64,000 nt of DNA from a virus: the IMG/VR virus record IMGVR_UViG_3300027432_000002; one strand, 5' to 3'. Shown here one piece after another: positions 50,760-61,667 of this stretch. Numbering within the stretch: the first letter of the stretch is position 1; the number at the start of each line of letters is the position of its first letter. The notes under the pieces are model-generated. The model made no database searches, was not told the DNA's origin, and was given only the letters and a program-made list of their open reading frames with translations. A program made the translations under genes and the position numbers.

Positions 50760-51245
50760 CGACTACTGTCAACAAGGAATTCGCCCATGAATCTCACTCC
50801 GGCCCACGCATTCAAGTGTCGTAATTGCGATGTGTTTCTTCGTAACGTGACCAAGACCCCTATCGTATTCAAGAACGACAAATGTCCGCAGTGTGGTGCA
50901 CCTATCTTGCCAACCGACATTCGCCCAATAGGCGCCAATCCCGCTTTCGATACCCTCAAGCTCTTTCCGCCTCACGGTATGGCGTTCAAGAATGAGATGG
51001 GAAGCGAAGTGTCGATCAGTTACCCACGTGGACGCGAACTCGAACTCTTCCAAGAACTCCAGCGCCAACTTCAGCAGTGGATCAATCCTATTGTGGGCGC
51101 GCAGCAAAGTCACCAAGGAGAACGTGGGACGCCAAGCTTCGTCGGCAACGTGATGCGCGCGGCGCGCGCGATGCCCAAGATCACGGTCAATGACGATGGC
51201 GAGATCGTCTTTGAAGAACCGGACGATGTTCCTCCAGCTGCATAA
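50733..51245 (+). CDS. Zn-ribbon hypothetical protein
   Basis: CRNC...CPQC; acidic C-terminus. Confidence 0.6.
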   Translation: MDMSSTTIHRLLSTRNSPMNLTPAHAFKCRNCDVFLRNVTKTPIVFKNDKCPQCGAPILPTDIRPIGANPAFDTLKLFPPHGMAFKNEMGSEVSISYPRGRELELFQELQRQLQQWINPIVGAQQSHQGERGTPSFVGNVMRAARAMPKITVNDDGEIVFEEPDDVPPAA

Positions 51246-51348
51246 AAGAACTAATTGTTGAATTGTTGCTTACCTTCCTTCAGACGAATCAGGAGTCAAA
51301 CCGAATAATCGGTGGTCTTGATGATTCGTCTTCATCGGTAACTAGCTA

Positions 51349-51966
51349 TTGGAAGAATCCATGAGCACTGCACAAACTGCCAATAAGAAGAACGACGAAA
51401 CCAAACACGCTCCTCCTGCCAGTCACGCTCCAGCAAACGGTGATGGGCCGTCCGCAGGACCGAAAGGCATGGACCGGTTTACGAAGATCGAAACCGAACG
51501 GTACATGTACAATCCGAACAAGGGTTGTGACACTACCCTTATCGGCTACCTTCTCAACATGCTCCCCATGCCTCCGATGATAATGGGGGGAGAAGAGAAG
51601 GAGTGGTCCTGTTTCCTTTTCCGATTGACCGAAACCTGCAAGGTTATCAATCGAGAAGGGAAGGTTATCGAAGTTCCACCTGGAAGCGAAGTCCTCTCGC
51701 CCGCAACCCACCAGCTCACGCAATACATCGAGCGGGTATCAAGCCGGCCAGACCTTTGCTTCGAGATGCGCGTAACTCCCAAGAGCAAGCTCGAAATCGG
51801 TAAGGGCCAGACCATGTGGCTTTACGATCTCGGCATTAACATGAACGGCAAACCGCGCAAATCGTTCGGACCTGCCGCGATGCTTGGAGGCCCCGCTCAA
51901 CTGTCCGGCGGACAAGTGACCGCCGAACAGGTGGGCGGACCGGGCGCAGACAATATCCCGTTCTAA
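51349..51966 (+). CDS. single-stranded DNA-binding-like protein
   Basis: Beta-rich core, Gly-rich linker, C-terminal DNIPF (SSB-tail-like). Confidence 0.55.
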   Translation: MEESMSTAQTANKKNDETKHAPPASHAPANGDGPSAGPKGMDRFTKIETERYMYNPNKGCDTTLIGYLLNMLPMPPMIMGGEEKEWSCFLFRLTETCKVINREGKVIEVPPGSEVLSPATHQLTQYIERVSSRPDLCFEMRVTPKSKLEIGKGQTMWLYDLGINMNGKPRKSFGPAAMLGGPAQLSGGQVTAEQVGGPGADNIPF

Positions 51967-52041
51967 AGTAAGAAAAAAGAAAGAATGGTGGCCCAAGGGG
52001 GAAAAGGATTGGGCCACCAGTTTCCCTCAGGAGAAAAGGAC

Positions 52042-52482
52042 ATGATTAATCCGAAGAAAAAGACGGCAGCCGTTGGGTTTGATATCGAGCTAGGTGGTCT
52101 CTCTCGATTGCGGGTCGCACTCAAGACCGACCGCAAACTCGACAAGGGGCTTGTGGTTCTCGCCGTAAGGCCGCTTGATGCGCTCATCGAAGAGCTTGGG
52201 GTTTTGCACCAACAAGTGGCAAGCGAAGTCCCGAAGGGGCTCTCATCCTTGAAAAAGCGTGCTGGGGGACTTGTGCGCAAGCGAGACAACGGTTTCGAGT
52301 CGGACGTAGGCATGCTGTCCAAACTTCGGACGACCATCCGCATCGATACGTCACTCCTTCGCGCGCATGCGGATAAGGCCGTCGCATCTATCGACGAGTT
52401 GACCGATGCGCTTCTCACTCTCCACGAAACCGTCCTCACGCGCAAGAACTTGGTCGCGTCCATTACGAGGCGAACCGGATAG
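52042..52482 (+). CDS. hypothetical helical protein
   Basis: AAGGA RBS before MINPKKK. Confidence 0.6.
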   Translation: MINPKKKTAAVGFDIELGGLSRLRVALKTDRKLDKGLVVLAVRPLDALIEELGVLHQQVASEVPKGLSSLKKRAGGLVRKRDNGFESDVGMLSKLRTTIRIDTSLLRAHADKAVASIDELTDALLTLHETVLTRKNLVASITRRTG

Positions 52483-52523
52483 AAAAACGCCCCACCTCCC
52501 GGCTCAATCCGGAGAGGTGGGGC
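52483..52523 (-). terminator. intrinsic terminator (possibly bidirectional)
   Basis: GCCCCACCTCTCCGG-ATTGAG-CCGGGAGGTGGGGC-GTTTTT on minus. Confidence 0.75.
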
Positions 52524-52560
52524 TTGCCAATGGGTTGTCGACGACGAAACCGATTACCCA
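52483..52560 (-). ncRNA. putative small RNA of about 77 nt
   Basis: Lies between a TTGACA-17-TATATT promoter (52595-52567) and a GC hairpin plus U-tract (52523-52483); no ORF inside. Confidence 0.6.
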
Positions 52561-52643
52561 ACTCTCAATATAGGATAGCTGACCACAGCTGTCAATAGGG
52601 AGTTTGGAATCGCGCCCGTAGCGAGGGAGTCCGCGATGGCGAA

Positions 52644-53240
52644 GTGAGCGAACTAAGTCCTTGGGCGAAGGCCGCCCGGACAAGGAAACGCCGAAAGCGT
52701 GCGAGAGAGCGCGCTGCACGCGACCGATCCATTCGCGCTCGCCATGCAGCGCTCGTTCGATGGTACGGTAGTTCGTACTCCAATAAGAAGAAACCAAAGA
52801 CTCCAAAGAAGCCGGAATGGAAGACTCCTAAGAAAAAGGTAGTTACAGCCAAGAAAGGAAAGAAGAAGAAACCAGGACCCAAACCGAAATCGAAGAAAGA
52901 AGCGCTCGCCCAAGAAGAGATTCAGAGATTGAAAAGAAAGATTCGTGAAAAAGACAAGAAGGTCGCTATCATGGAGAAAGAAAGGAAACTCTTCAAAGAA
53001 CACATAAGACCCAAAGGTACTATCGAAAGTATGAAACGATTTGGAGCTGAATTTAAACTACCGCCCAAGATGAAACACGAGACGGATATCCAATTCGCCA
53101 AACGAGTCATCAAACAGATGATGGGCAAAAACATGTATACGGTGGAGGCAGCCATCGAACATTATAAGACCATTTCGGAGGCGACGGGAATTTCCGAGAC
53201 GAAAGCGTTTTCGCTCTTTATGAGTCCTCAAGCGGCATGA
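52644..53240 (+). CDS. highly basic DNA-binding protein
   Basis: Lys/Arg-rich histone-H1-like N-terminal half, HTH-like C-terminus. Confidence 0.6.
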   Translation: MSELSPWAKAARTRKRRKRARERAARDRSIRARHAALVRWYGSSYSNKKKPKTPKKPEWKTPKKKVVTAKKGKKKKPGPKPKSKKEALAQEEIQRLKRKIREKDKKVAIMEKERKLFKEHIRPKGTIESMKRFGAEFKLPPKMKHETDIQFAKRVIKQMMGKNMYTVEAAIEHYKTISEATGISETKAFSLFMSPQAA

Positions 53241-53296
53241 GTGCTGCGCCAATTCACGAATTGCACAATTCACAAAACTCAGATCGTGGTGCACAG

Positions 53297-53545
53297 ATGA
53301 AAAAGAAATACCTACCTAATACCAGGGATGCACGCGCAACGATGGGATACCTTGTCGAAGAATGCGGAGAAGTGTTAGCCGCAGTTGGAAAGACGCTTCG
53401 TCACGGATTGACTTCGTGCAATCCAGAATTGCCAATTGAAGAGCAAGAGACCAATAGGGACTGGATCTTGCGCGAGTTAAAAGATCTAGAACATGCGATT
53501 AAGTTAGTTAGAGTGTCGTTAGGTCCAGAAGACGGGCCGAGATAA
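53297..53545 (+). CDS. MazG-like nucleotide pyrophosphohydrolase
   Basis: LVEECGEVLAAVGK...RELKDL. Confidence 0.7.
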   Translation: MKKKYLPNTRDARATMGYLVEECGEVLAAVGKTLRHGLTSCNPELPIEEQETNRDWILRELKDLEHAIKLVRVSLGPEDGPR

Positions 53546-53550
53546 TTCAC

Positions 53551-53766
53551 ATGCCAACTCCAAAAGTGGAAGACGGAAGTAGACCGCCAGAACACCGCAC
53601 GTACGGACGGCAATCGGTACCCGAGAGAGCCTGGGAAGCCTGGGAGCTTTACAAGGCCAATACGAAGCTGAAAGATATCGCTACCAAATTCCAAGTCTCT
53701 ATTCCCGCGGTGAGAAATTGGATAACCGCAGTTCGAGAAGCGAATAAGGATAAGATTCTCAAATAA
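53551..53766 (+). CDS. small HTH DNA-binding protein
   Basis: LKDIATKFQVSIPAVRNWI. Confidence 0.75.
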   Translation: MPTPKVEDGSRPPEHRTYGRQSVPERAWEAWELYKANTKLKDIATKFQVSIPAVRNWITAVREANKDKILK

Positions 53767-53776
53767 GGAGTAATTC

Positions 53777-54691
53777 ATGGGCACCAAGAACAGTCCAAGT
53801 AAACGCAAAACAGAATCGCCGGAAACGCTGGGGCCGTACGCACTAAATCGCGTTTATCGCGCGGACAGCGGAGCGGCCATGCAACGGCTACCAGCTGATT
53901 GCCTCGATGTCGTGGTCACGTCGCCGCCTTACTGGGGGCAGCGTGGCAACGGTGGCCTCGGGAGCGAGCCAGATCCGCGAGACTACGTGAGCCATCTTGT
54001 GACGATTCTCGCCGAAGCGATGAGGTGCCTCAAGCCATCCGGCACACTCTGGCTGAACATCGGCGACTCGTACAACACGCCGATCAACTGGCGCGAGGAC
54101 GATCACGCCTACAGTTCTCTCGGCAAGGACGGGGCGGGGCTCGATCCGTCCAATTCTGCCTACACGAAGAACCGCGGTCGCCGCCGTGCCTTCATATCGT
54201 CCGACGCGAGGTGGCTCCAGTACGGCAACCTACTGGCCATCCCGAACCGCGTCGTGATCGGATTGACGGATATGGGCTTCCTGTTCCGAGGAGAGGTTAT
54301 ATGGGAAAAATCGCGCCCACTCCCCGAGGGCATATGTCGTCGGCCACACCGCAAACACGAGGGCATCTACATCCTCGCCAAGACTGAGCGTCACGCTTTC
54401 CGCGTAAAGCCTCCGGTGTCGTCAGTCTGGAAGCTAGTGCAGACGCCGAACAAGACGCCGCATTGCTCGACGTTCCCGCTGGACCTGCCAATGCAGTGCA
54501 TCTCCGCCGCAGCGATCGAGGGGCGGGGCGTGATTCTCGATCCGTTCATGGGCAGCGGCACGACGGCGCGCGCCGCACGCCTGAAGGGTCACGACTACCT
54601 CGGGTTCGAGCTGGACGAGGGGACTTGCGCCATCGCCGACGAGTACATCAACGCTCCTGCTGCCGAGTCACTTCTACTTTTTGAAGGCTGA
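53777..54691 (+). CDS. N4-cytosine/N6-adenine DNA methyltransferase (beta class)
   Basis: VVTSPPYW before ILDPFMGSGTT; no cognate endonuclease visible. Confidence 0.92.
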   Translation: MGTKNSPSKRKTESPETLGPYALNRVYRADSGAAMQRLPADCLDVVVTSPPYWGQRGNGGLGSEPDPRDYVSHLVTILAEAMRCLKPSGTLWLNIGDSYNTPINWREDDHAYSSLGKDGAGLDPSNSAYTKNRGRRRAFISSDARWLQYGNLLAIPNRVVIGLTDMGFLFRGEVIWEKSRPLPEGICRRPHRKHEGIYILAKTERHAFRVKPPVSSVWKLVQTPNKTPHCSTFPLDLPMQCISAAAIEGRGVILDPFMGSGTTARAARLKGHDYLGFELDEGTCAIADEYINAPAAESLLLFEG

Positions 54692-54826
54692 GAGCCTATG
54701 TTTCCACGCCTCACTCAGGAACCGCACCAATACCGTGCAGCTTGCCGATTTGCCGTGCAGGCGCGACTTCTCGTGCAAAGCCGATGCGTTAGACGAATGG
54801 GCACGCGGTCTCGGTAAGGTGCCACG

Positions 54827-55189
54827 GTGACAAAGCTCGTCATTCTCGAATCTCCCTACGCAGGCAACGTCGTAGAAAATATCGACTACGCATGCGCCTG
54901 CATGCTCGACAGTTTGCGCCGTGGGGAGGCGCCCATGGTGTCCCATCTCCTTTACACGCAAGTCTTGGACGACAATAACTTGGCCGAAAGAACGCTTGGT
55001 ATCGAAGCGGGGCTCGCGTGGGGAAAGGTCGCGGAGGCGACGGTTGTCTATCGAGATCTCGGCGTAACGGCTGGAATGACCAAAGGTATTGAAAGAGCAA
55101 CGCTCGAAGGACGACCAATTGAATACCGACGATTGGAAGATCCCAACGTTCCCATTGGGGAGCGACGCTGGAAAACGGAGACACGCTAG
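54827..55189 (+). CDS. conserved phage protein (small Rossmann-like, nucleoside deoxyribosyltransferase-like)
   Basis: VILESPYAG..N..YA...GEAP..SHLLY.Q.LDD...ER..G. Confidence 0.6.
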   Translation: MTKLVILESPYAGNVVENIDYACACMLDSLRRGEAPMVSHLLYTQVLDDNNLAERTLGIEAGLAWGKVAEATVVYRDLGVTAGMTKGIERATLEGRPIEYRRLEDPNVPIGERRWKTETR

Positions 55190-55192
55190 GAG

Positions 55193-56108
55193 ATGGCTGC
55201 TATCGATTGGCGAAAAGCGCCTACCATCGTCAAACGTCCTTGGTGCGGTCGGTGTAGAGGTACGGGCATATTTCGGTCCCATAAGAAGCTTGGAGTTTGG
55301 CAGCGGTGCACGTGCGGCAGACTGCCAAACGCGACAGCATCGCTCAAGCTCACCAAACAGGAATTGCTTCTGAAACGTCTCGAAGAAGTAAAGCTCAAAG
55401 GCTGGTAAGGACAATTCAAGCACTAAAGGAGAAATGAAAATGAGCAGTCCAGAAGATCTTGTATTGCCCGCAGAGGTCAAACGGGAGATGCTCACCAAAC
55501 TAAAAGACATTCAGAATAAACTCAAAGGGGGATTTCCGACGTCGAGAGAATTGCGGTTATGCTTTCTCGAGCTGACTGAACTCGTCGACATTCTCATTCG
55601 GAGAGCATGAAGTCCACATGTCCTACGCCAAAGACAAAGACGGCAATCTCCTTCTCGATAAAGAAACCGGAACGCCCGTTTGGTGCGGAAGCGCCGCGAG
55701 CCGACTCGAGCATTATCGGAAACAGTCTGCTCCCGAGCTTGTCAAAGAAAATGAAGCGCTGAAAGAACGCATCGCATACTTCGAGAGAAAATATGGACGA
55801 TTCGAGACCAAAGAATGGAAAGAAGCAATCGAGCGAGACGATCAACTCTATATCGACAGAGTAGGAAGGAAATCGCCATGAGCACAAATCCTGAAGACTG
55901 GCCGAATCATCAAGATCTTTCCATTACGGATGAGGAAGCGCTTATCATGGCCAAACTCATCCTAGAGGGAAAACCTCGAAGTTACGTGGAAGGCGCCATA
56001 AGACTCGCTCGATACGTTATCGCACTTCACCAGCAAGCTGATGAGCTTGAGAAACTGATCGAAGAGACAGCGCACGATACGTTACCGGAAATAGAAACCG
56101 ACCATTAA
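55193..56108 (+). other. four small hypothetical genes (55193-55408, ~55434-55610, 55618-55881, 55878-56108)
   Basis: Coupled short ORFs. Confidence 0.55.
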
Positions 56109-56114
56109 AAAGCC

Positions 56115-58355
56115 GTGCGCCTCTCGTATCATTTCCCGGTAGGTGATCCTTGCAAAGTTTGTAGTCGCCCGGGAGCGCTTCATCGAATCACCCATCCATC
56201 CGAAGGCAATCCCTGCCAGCGTTGCGGATACGGAGAGAACTACCACACAAGTACTTCGAAGAGCTGGAGACGCGAGTCAAGCGAAAAACCAGAAGTAGAG
56301 TACCTCGGAATCGACGGGGAAGGACAAGGACGAGAAGACCATCGGTACATCTTTCTCGCTGCAAGCAATGTGGACGGCACGAAACGCTGGTCTATCGATG
56401 GACAGATTGAATCGGAAACCGACAGACGAAGAGTACGTCTAACGACCGAAGACGCTCTCGACTTCATTTTATCCATTCCAAAGACCCGCTACACCAAACT
56501 CTTCGCATACGCCTTCCAATACGATCTCACCAAGATTCTGACTGACGTCGACAATCGGTCTTTATATAGACTCTTTCGCCCAGAATTGAGAAAGCGCCGT
56601 CCCGACGATACGCGCAAGGGCTTGGTACCCATCTATTGGCACGGCTACATTATCAACCTTCAAGCGAGCAAATTCACGGTCAAGAAAAACGGCCGGCGCG
56701 CGGTCATCTGGGATATCTTCAAGTTCTTTCAAGGACGATTCGTAGCAGCCATCGAAGACTGGAAAGTGGGTACTCCCGCACTCTGGGAGCGGATGGCGCG
56801 CATGAAAGAGCAGCGTGCCGATTTTGACAAACTAGACTGGCAAAGTGTGGAGGAATACTGTTTCGAAGAGTGCGCCTGTATGGCAAGTTTGGCTCAAAAA
56901 CTCACCGAAGCGCACACGGCAGCTGGCTTGAAACTCAAGAATTATTACGGTGCAGGGTCGAGCGCCGAAGCGATGCTCACGGTTATGGGGGTCAAGAACA
57001 AGCTTCGCGCTTGTCCGGACAAGCTCAAAGATATCGTTCAGAAAGCTTTCTTTGGTGGAAGGTTCGAAAATTCAGTAATTGGCACCATCTCTGGAACGCT
57101 CTACGGATACGACATCTCGAGCGCGTATCCGTACGAGCTATGCTTTTTGCCATGCCTCGAACATGGCAGCTGGCAGTGGACAGAGAAGCGAGAAGACTTG
57201 GACGGTCCATACGTCGTTCAAGGTTTAGTCAAGTACAGATTGAGAAGAATTCGCTCTACCGTAGGCAGCGCCTGGGGACCATTTCCGTTTCGAGAGAAAG
57301 ACGGGAGTATCTGTTTCCCCATCTCGTCGGGAGGAGGATGGATCTACCGAGACGAGTATCTGGTAGGCGAACGTCTCTGGCCCAATACGGAGTTCTTGGG
57401 AGCGTGGGTCTATAAGACTTCGTGCGACTGCAAACCGTTCAAGGAGATCCCCAAGTATTACGCCGAACGAGTACGGATTGGTAAAGAGGGACCAGGAATT
57501 GTCATCAAGCTCGGATGCAATAGCTGCTACGGAAAGCTCGCCCAATCGGTGGGGGCGGCACGGTTTCAATCGTGGCTTTGGGCGGGCATGATTACGAGCG
57601 GCACGCGCGCGAAGCTCTTGGAGATGGTGGGCCTAGTCAAAGACCGAGCGTCAATTCTCATGATGGCAACTGACGGCATCGTTTCGAGAGAGCGAATCGA
57701 GACGCCGCGTCCGAAAGACACAGGAACGTTTGAAGTAATCAAGATGAAGGACGGTAAACCGGATGGTGGACCCGTCCCACTCGGCGGATGGGAAGAGAAG
57801 GTAAACACCAAAGGGATGTTCTTCGCCCGCCCTGGGATCTACTTTCCACTGTCCCCTACCGCCAAAGAAGCGAGCAGTGTGCGCGGACGCGGTATCGGCC
57901 GAAAGGCCATTCTCGAGAATTGGCAGGATATCGTCAGCTCCTACGGCAAACTGAAAGCCGAAGGCAAGGTCGAAACAGGCACGGTCAAGATAGCCGAGGT
58001 ATCGCGATTCTGCGGCGTCAAGTCATCACTTTCACCGTCTACGAAAAACGGACAGCGAATCTATACGCGAAGCCATGGCAAGGTTGACCCAAAGCGCCCA
58101 GACCACCAGACGCCGTCCTACGGCCAGTGGATCGTCCGACCGATCGATCTCTCCTTCAACCCCCATCCCAAGCGCGCTTACAGCGGGCAGATTGTCTTAG
58201 GACACGAAGCGGAAAGATTGACAGTTCGCAAGATTAGCCAGACAATCGAGAGCGCGGTCTATCAGCGGGCGCTTGATACCGAGGGAGCCGAGATGAAAGA
58301 AGCGATGGAGGAAGTGGTGGAGCAACCGGATGCCGACTTCTATGAGGTCATGTGA
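56115..58355 (+). CDS. family B DNA polymerase with protein-primed-type motif pattern
   Basis: ExoI GIDGEG, ExoII FQYDL, FFGGRFE, YDISSAYP, KLGCNSCYGK, ATDGI, LGGWE; N-terminal Cys/His repeats. Confidence 0.9.
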   Translation: MRLSYHFPVGDPCKVCSRPGALHRITHPSEGNPCQRCGYGENYHTSTSKSWRRESSEKPEVEYLGIDGEGQGREDHRYIFLAASNVDGTKRWSIDGQIESETDRRRVRLTTEDALDFILSIPKTRYTKLFAYAFQYDLTKILTDVDNRSLYRLFRPELRKRRPDDTRKGLVPIYWHGYIINLQASKFTVKKNGRRAVIWDIFKFFQGRFVAAIEDWKVGTPALWERMARMKEQRADFDKLDWQSVEEYCFEECACMASLAQKLTEAHTAAGLKLKNYYGAGSSAEAMLTVMGVKNKLRACPDKLKDIVQKAFFGGRFENSVIGTISGTLYGYDISSAYPYELCFLPCLEHGSWQWTEKREDLDGPYVVQGLVKYRLRRIRSTVGSAWGPFPFREKDGSICFPISSGGGWIYRDEYLVGERLWPNTEFLGAWVYKTSCDCKPFKEIPKYYAERVRIGKEGPGIVIKLGCNSCYGKLAQSVGAARFQSWLWAGMITSGTRAKLLEMVGLVKDRASILMMATDGIVSRERIETPRPKDTGTFEVIKMKDGKPDGGPVPLGGWEEKVNTKGMFFARPGIYFPLSPTAKEASSVRGRGIGRKAILENWQDIVSSYGKLKAEGKVETGTVKIAEVSRFCGVKSSLSPSTKNGQRIYTRSHGKVDPKRPDHQTPSYGQWIVRPIDLSFNPHPKRAYSGQIVLGHEAERLTVRKISQTIESAVYQRALDTEGAEMKEAMEEVVEQPDADFYEVM

Positions 58356-60448
58356 TGAAACCGATCGATTGGACCGTATTCGACAAGTATCCAGAGAACA
58401 CTTGCGAGTGTCATTGCGGTACTACCTTTCGCAGTCACTCCAAAGCAGTAATTCTTGACGATGGATCTATGGGGCTTTTCGCTCGCAAACCGTGTCCGAA
58501 TTGTGGAAAGAATAACGAAATGAGAGCGGTGCGATCCGACCCGGGAGACGATGACGATTCGTAAAGGATAATTCATGAACTCAGAGATTCAAGCCCATCT
58601 AACCAAAAGACCTCATCAAGCAGACACGACGCAACTCATCATTGCCTGTTTGTTACTGGCAGCTATTCACATCAAAAACGCGAATTGGTCTGATTGGACA
58701 TGTGGTGGTGTAGCTACGATCAATATCGTATATTACATCTATCAAGACTACCACTATCGAAAGTGGAAAAGTAAAATGTCCGATCTTTGCGCAATGGAAT
58801 TCTTTAGGTAGTTCATGAACTCAAAGCGTAAGGAAAGTACAGCCGCTCTCGTCAATCCCTGCCACGTAGACGGCTGCCGTCACTCCTTCGGCAATTCCAA
58901 CTTCCTATGCAAACGTCATGAATTCTACGTCCGTAAGGAATTGCGCCAAGCGCTCTTGACCGAACCGTATGAGTCTATCCGCCTCATCGCAGTCCGACGT
59001 CGAGCTACCGCGGAAGTCGTCTTTTTATGTCACGGAGGAGAGATGGCAGGACCGTACATCGAAGACGCCGAACGATGGCGAAAAATTGCTTTCGATCGGG
59101 GGGAAGGAGACCCACTCGAAACACTATCCAAGATACCACTACGTACCAGGCACATCCGGGGTGAGGTAGAGATACGGGAGGAGAAGTGATGGGGCGACGC
59201 GGAGGATTCCCCAATTACGCAACGCGGCACGTCTTCGAGTGCGCCAAGGGGCATACGTTCGAATGTGGAGACGTTCAGCACCATACCGACAAGGACAGAT
59301 TCCTCTGCTGTCATGACGGGTGTCGAGAGCGAATCGTCAAACTGAGCTGTCCGCCAGGATGTCTGACCCCATCGCCCGGCGCGTCCGGGGTGAGGTAGAG
59401 AAGATGGCGACGTGTAGAGAGTGCGACGAAGCGATACCGGATTCGGAGGTCCAGAAGATCCGAGCTGCCCGCGTGCGTCGCGGCATGACCGACTCAGAGC
59501 CAAAGCTTTGTATCAGTTGCTTCGTGACCATTGTGCTGAATTGGCCAATTGACATCAAGGAAACACACACCATGAATGAAAAAGTAAATCTAATCAACAA
59601 TGACACACTCGTCGGCACGGCAACGATTTCAAATCTACCGACCGATCGATACCCTAGCGACCTCGGATGGCTCGCGCCTGTAATTCAAACGTCAGACGGA
59701 CGGATGTGGCTCTTCAAGCCTCAAGAAGCATACGGTGCGGCGCCACTTCCAACGTATAGCCTAATCACACTAGTGCAAGCGACGTGAAACTACACGAAAG
59801 GCTCTACGCAGACGGAACCCACTACGCTTGGATGGCGTGGTGTAACGCCTGCAATGGTCCGCACACGTTCGATAAACGCTGGGCGTTCAATGGTGATAAA
59901 GAAAAGCCTACTTTTCGGCCTTCGATGTTGGCTCACTCCATTCCTCGTTGGAACAAAGTTGAGCGCAAGATTGAAACGCGCGAAGTGCACTGTCATTCGT
60001 ACCTGACAGACGGAGTGTGGGAATATCAAAACGACAGCAAACACGATCTGAAAGGATTGACACTGCCACTACCAGACTTTCCACAAGAAGAAGCGGAGAT
60101 GTGGTTATGAACCATGAGTGTCACGCTCACAACTGCAAAGTCCAAGTACCGCCGAGACTCTTTATGTGCCGACCTCATTGGTATTCGCTTCGAAAGAAGA
60201 TGCGAGACGCCATCTGGAACGAATACCGCCCGGGGCAAGAAAACGACAAGCATCCGTCCGAACGATATATGTCCGTTCAGCAACGAGCCGTCGCCGAAGT
60301 GGCTTACAAGGAATTCGGAATGGACGTGGCCAAACGGTATATCGAAAACGCAGAGCATTGGCGAGAGCTTGCCATCGTGCACGGATGGGGAGACCCGCTC
60401 GAAGCACTTTCCAAGCGAGTTGTCAAGGAAATTGCGTCACCTACCTAG
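58352..60448 (+). other. small hypothetical genes (58352-58564, 58575-58811, 58815-59189, 59186-59398, 59404-59787, 59784-60110, 60107-60448)
   Basis: Coupled ORFs, mostly Cys/His-rich. Confidence 0.6.
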
Positions 60449-60517
60449 ACCTACCATAATTCACGAATTATCGCTCCAGTCCTTCACTTCGGACGAAACC
60501 GTCCGTACCATCTGAGC

Positions 60518-61591
60518 ATGCCGAAGATCATCGCCACCATCTCAGGCTGGACCCTCATCGATGACTCCACCGTCCGGCCTACCACTACATCCAGCGAGTG
60601 GCCATCCGAAGCGCCTACGCGCAACCGCTCGACGGCGCCTACCACACCAGCACCTTACGCTGGCACAGATCTTGACTCGTGCAAGATGTACGCCGCAGTC
60701 TCAGTTCGCGGTGGACTTGCTGCCTACATTGAGCACGTACAATAGTTCACGAACTACTTGACCTGCACCTTTACTTCGCCGATAATCGTTCCGTACAATC
60801 TCCGGTGCAACCGTGACCAACGAAGAAATTCAATTCATCGTGAAGACGACTCGGATTGTAGCCGAGCGCGTCCAGGCTGCGGGGAAGATCTACAGCGGCC
60901 ACCTCTACGCCGAACTTCTAAACGTCATGACCTACGACGCCTACAAGGGCGCCCTCCACAGTCTCAAGTCCGGCGGACTCGTGGCCGAAGGGCCAGACCA
61001 CTTGCTTGTGTGGCGGGGGATAGGGAAGGGGAAGTAGGTCTGCGTACATGGTGGCCACCTAATTCGTGAACTGTTTTGACCTTGGGCCTTTACTCGTGCG
61101 AGGATCGGCCGTACAAGAAAGAGAGGAGGTCGCACGCAAATGAAACAGGCAGACGTCAAGGTGGGGGAAGTCGTTCTGACCAAGGTGGGCGTGTCGCTCG
61201 TCAAGGTTCGTATCATCAAAACGTACAACTACGGCTCAGATACGCGCACTCGGTTCTTTGTGATGCGTCTCGACAACGGCAAGACTCTTCCGAAAGCTCG
61301 AACCGCTGCGGCACTACGGCCTTTACATGTTCTCGCGTGCAAGGCGTGCGGAAGAAACTGCCGTAACAGTGTCACCTACCCAAGCGGCTACGTAGAAGCT
61401 GGACCATGTGTGTGCGCTACTACGGTGCAATCATGACCGCTCGAGTCGCCACGCAGGTGGGGGAAGTCGTTCTGACCATATCGGTAAAGACTTGGGCCAT
61501 TCAGAACACGCACAGAGAATGGCTAACGCAAACAGAACGCGCGCGAAATATCGCCGCAGTGTGTGCCACGAATGCGCGACTAAATTCATAG
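60518..61591 (+). other. small early genes (60518-60745 apparently leaderless, 60813-61037 winged-helix-like, 61140-61436, 61433-61591)
   Basis: The first three each follow one of the promoters above. Confidence 0.6.
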
Positions 61592-61667
61592 GATCAGGTC
61601 ATGGCCAAGAGAATCTCATCGCGACAGTGCACGGTATCGGATACGTGATTGCGAAAGGTAAAAAGTT

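Noticed and set aside
52644..53240. Terminal protein for protein-primed replication
   Set aside because: Basic and upstream of the polymerase, but no sequence feature supports the call; left as a DNA-binding protein.
53777..54691. Complete restriction-modification system
   Set aside because: No adjacent endonuclease; the neighbours are an HTH gene and a common small phage gene, so it is treated as an orphan methyltransferase.
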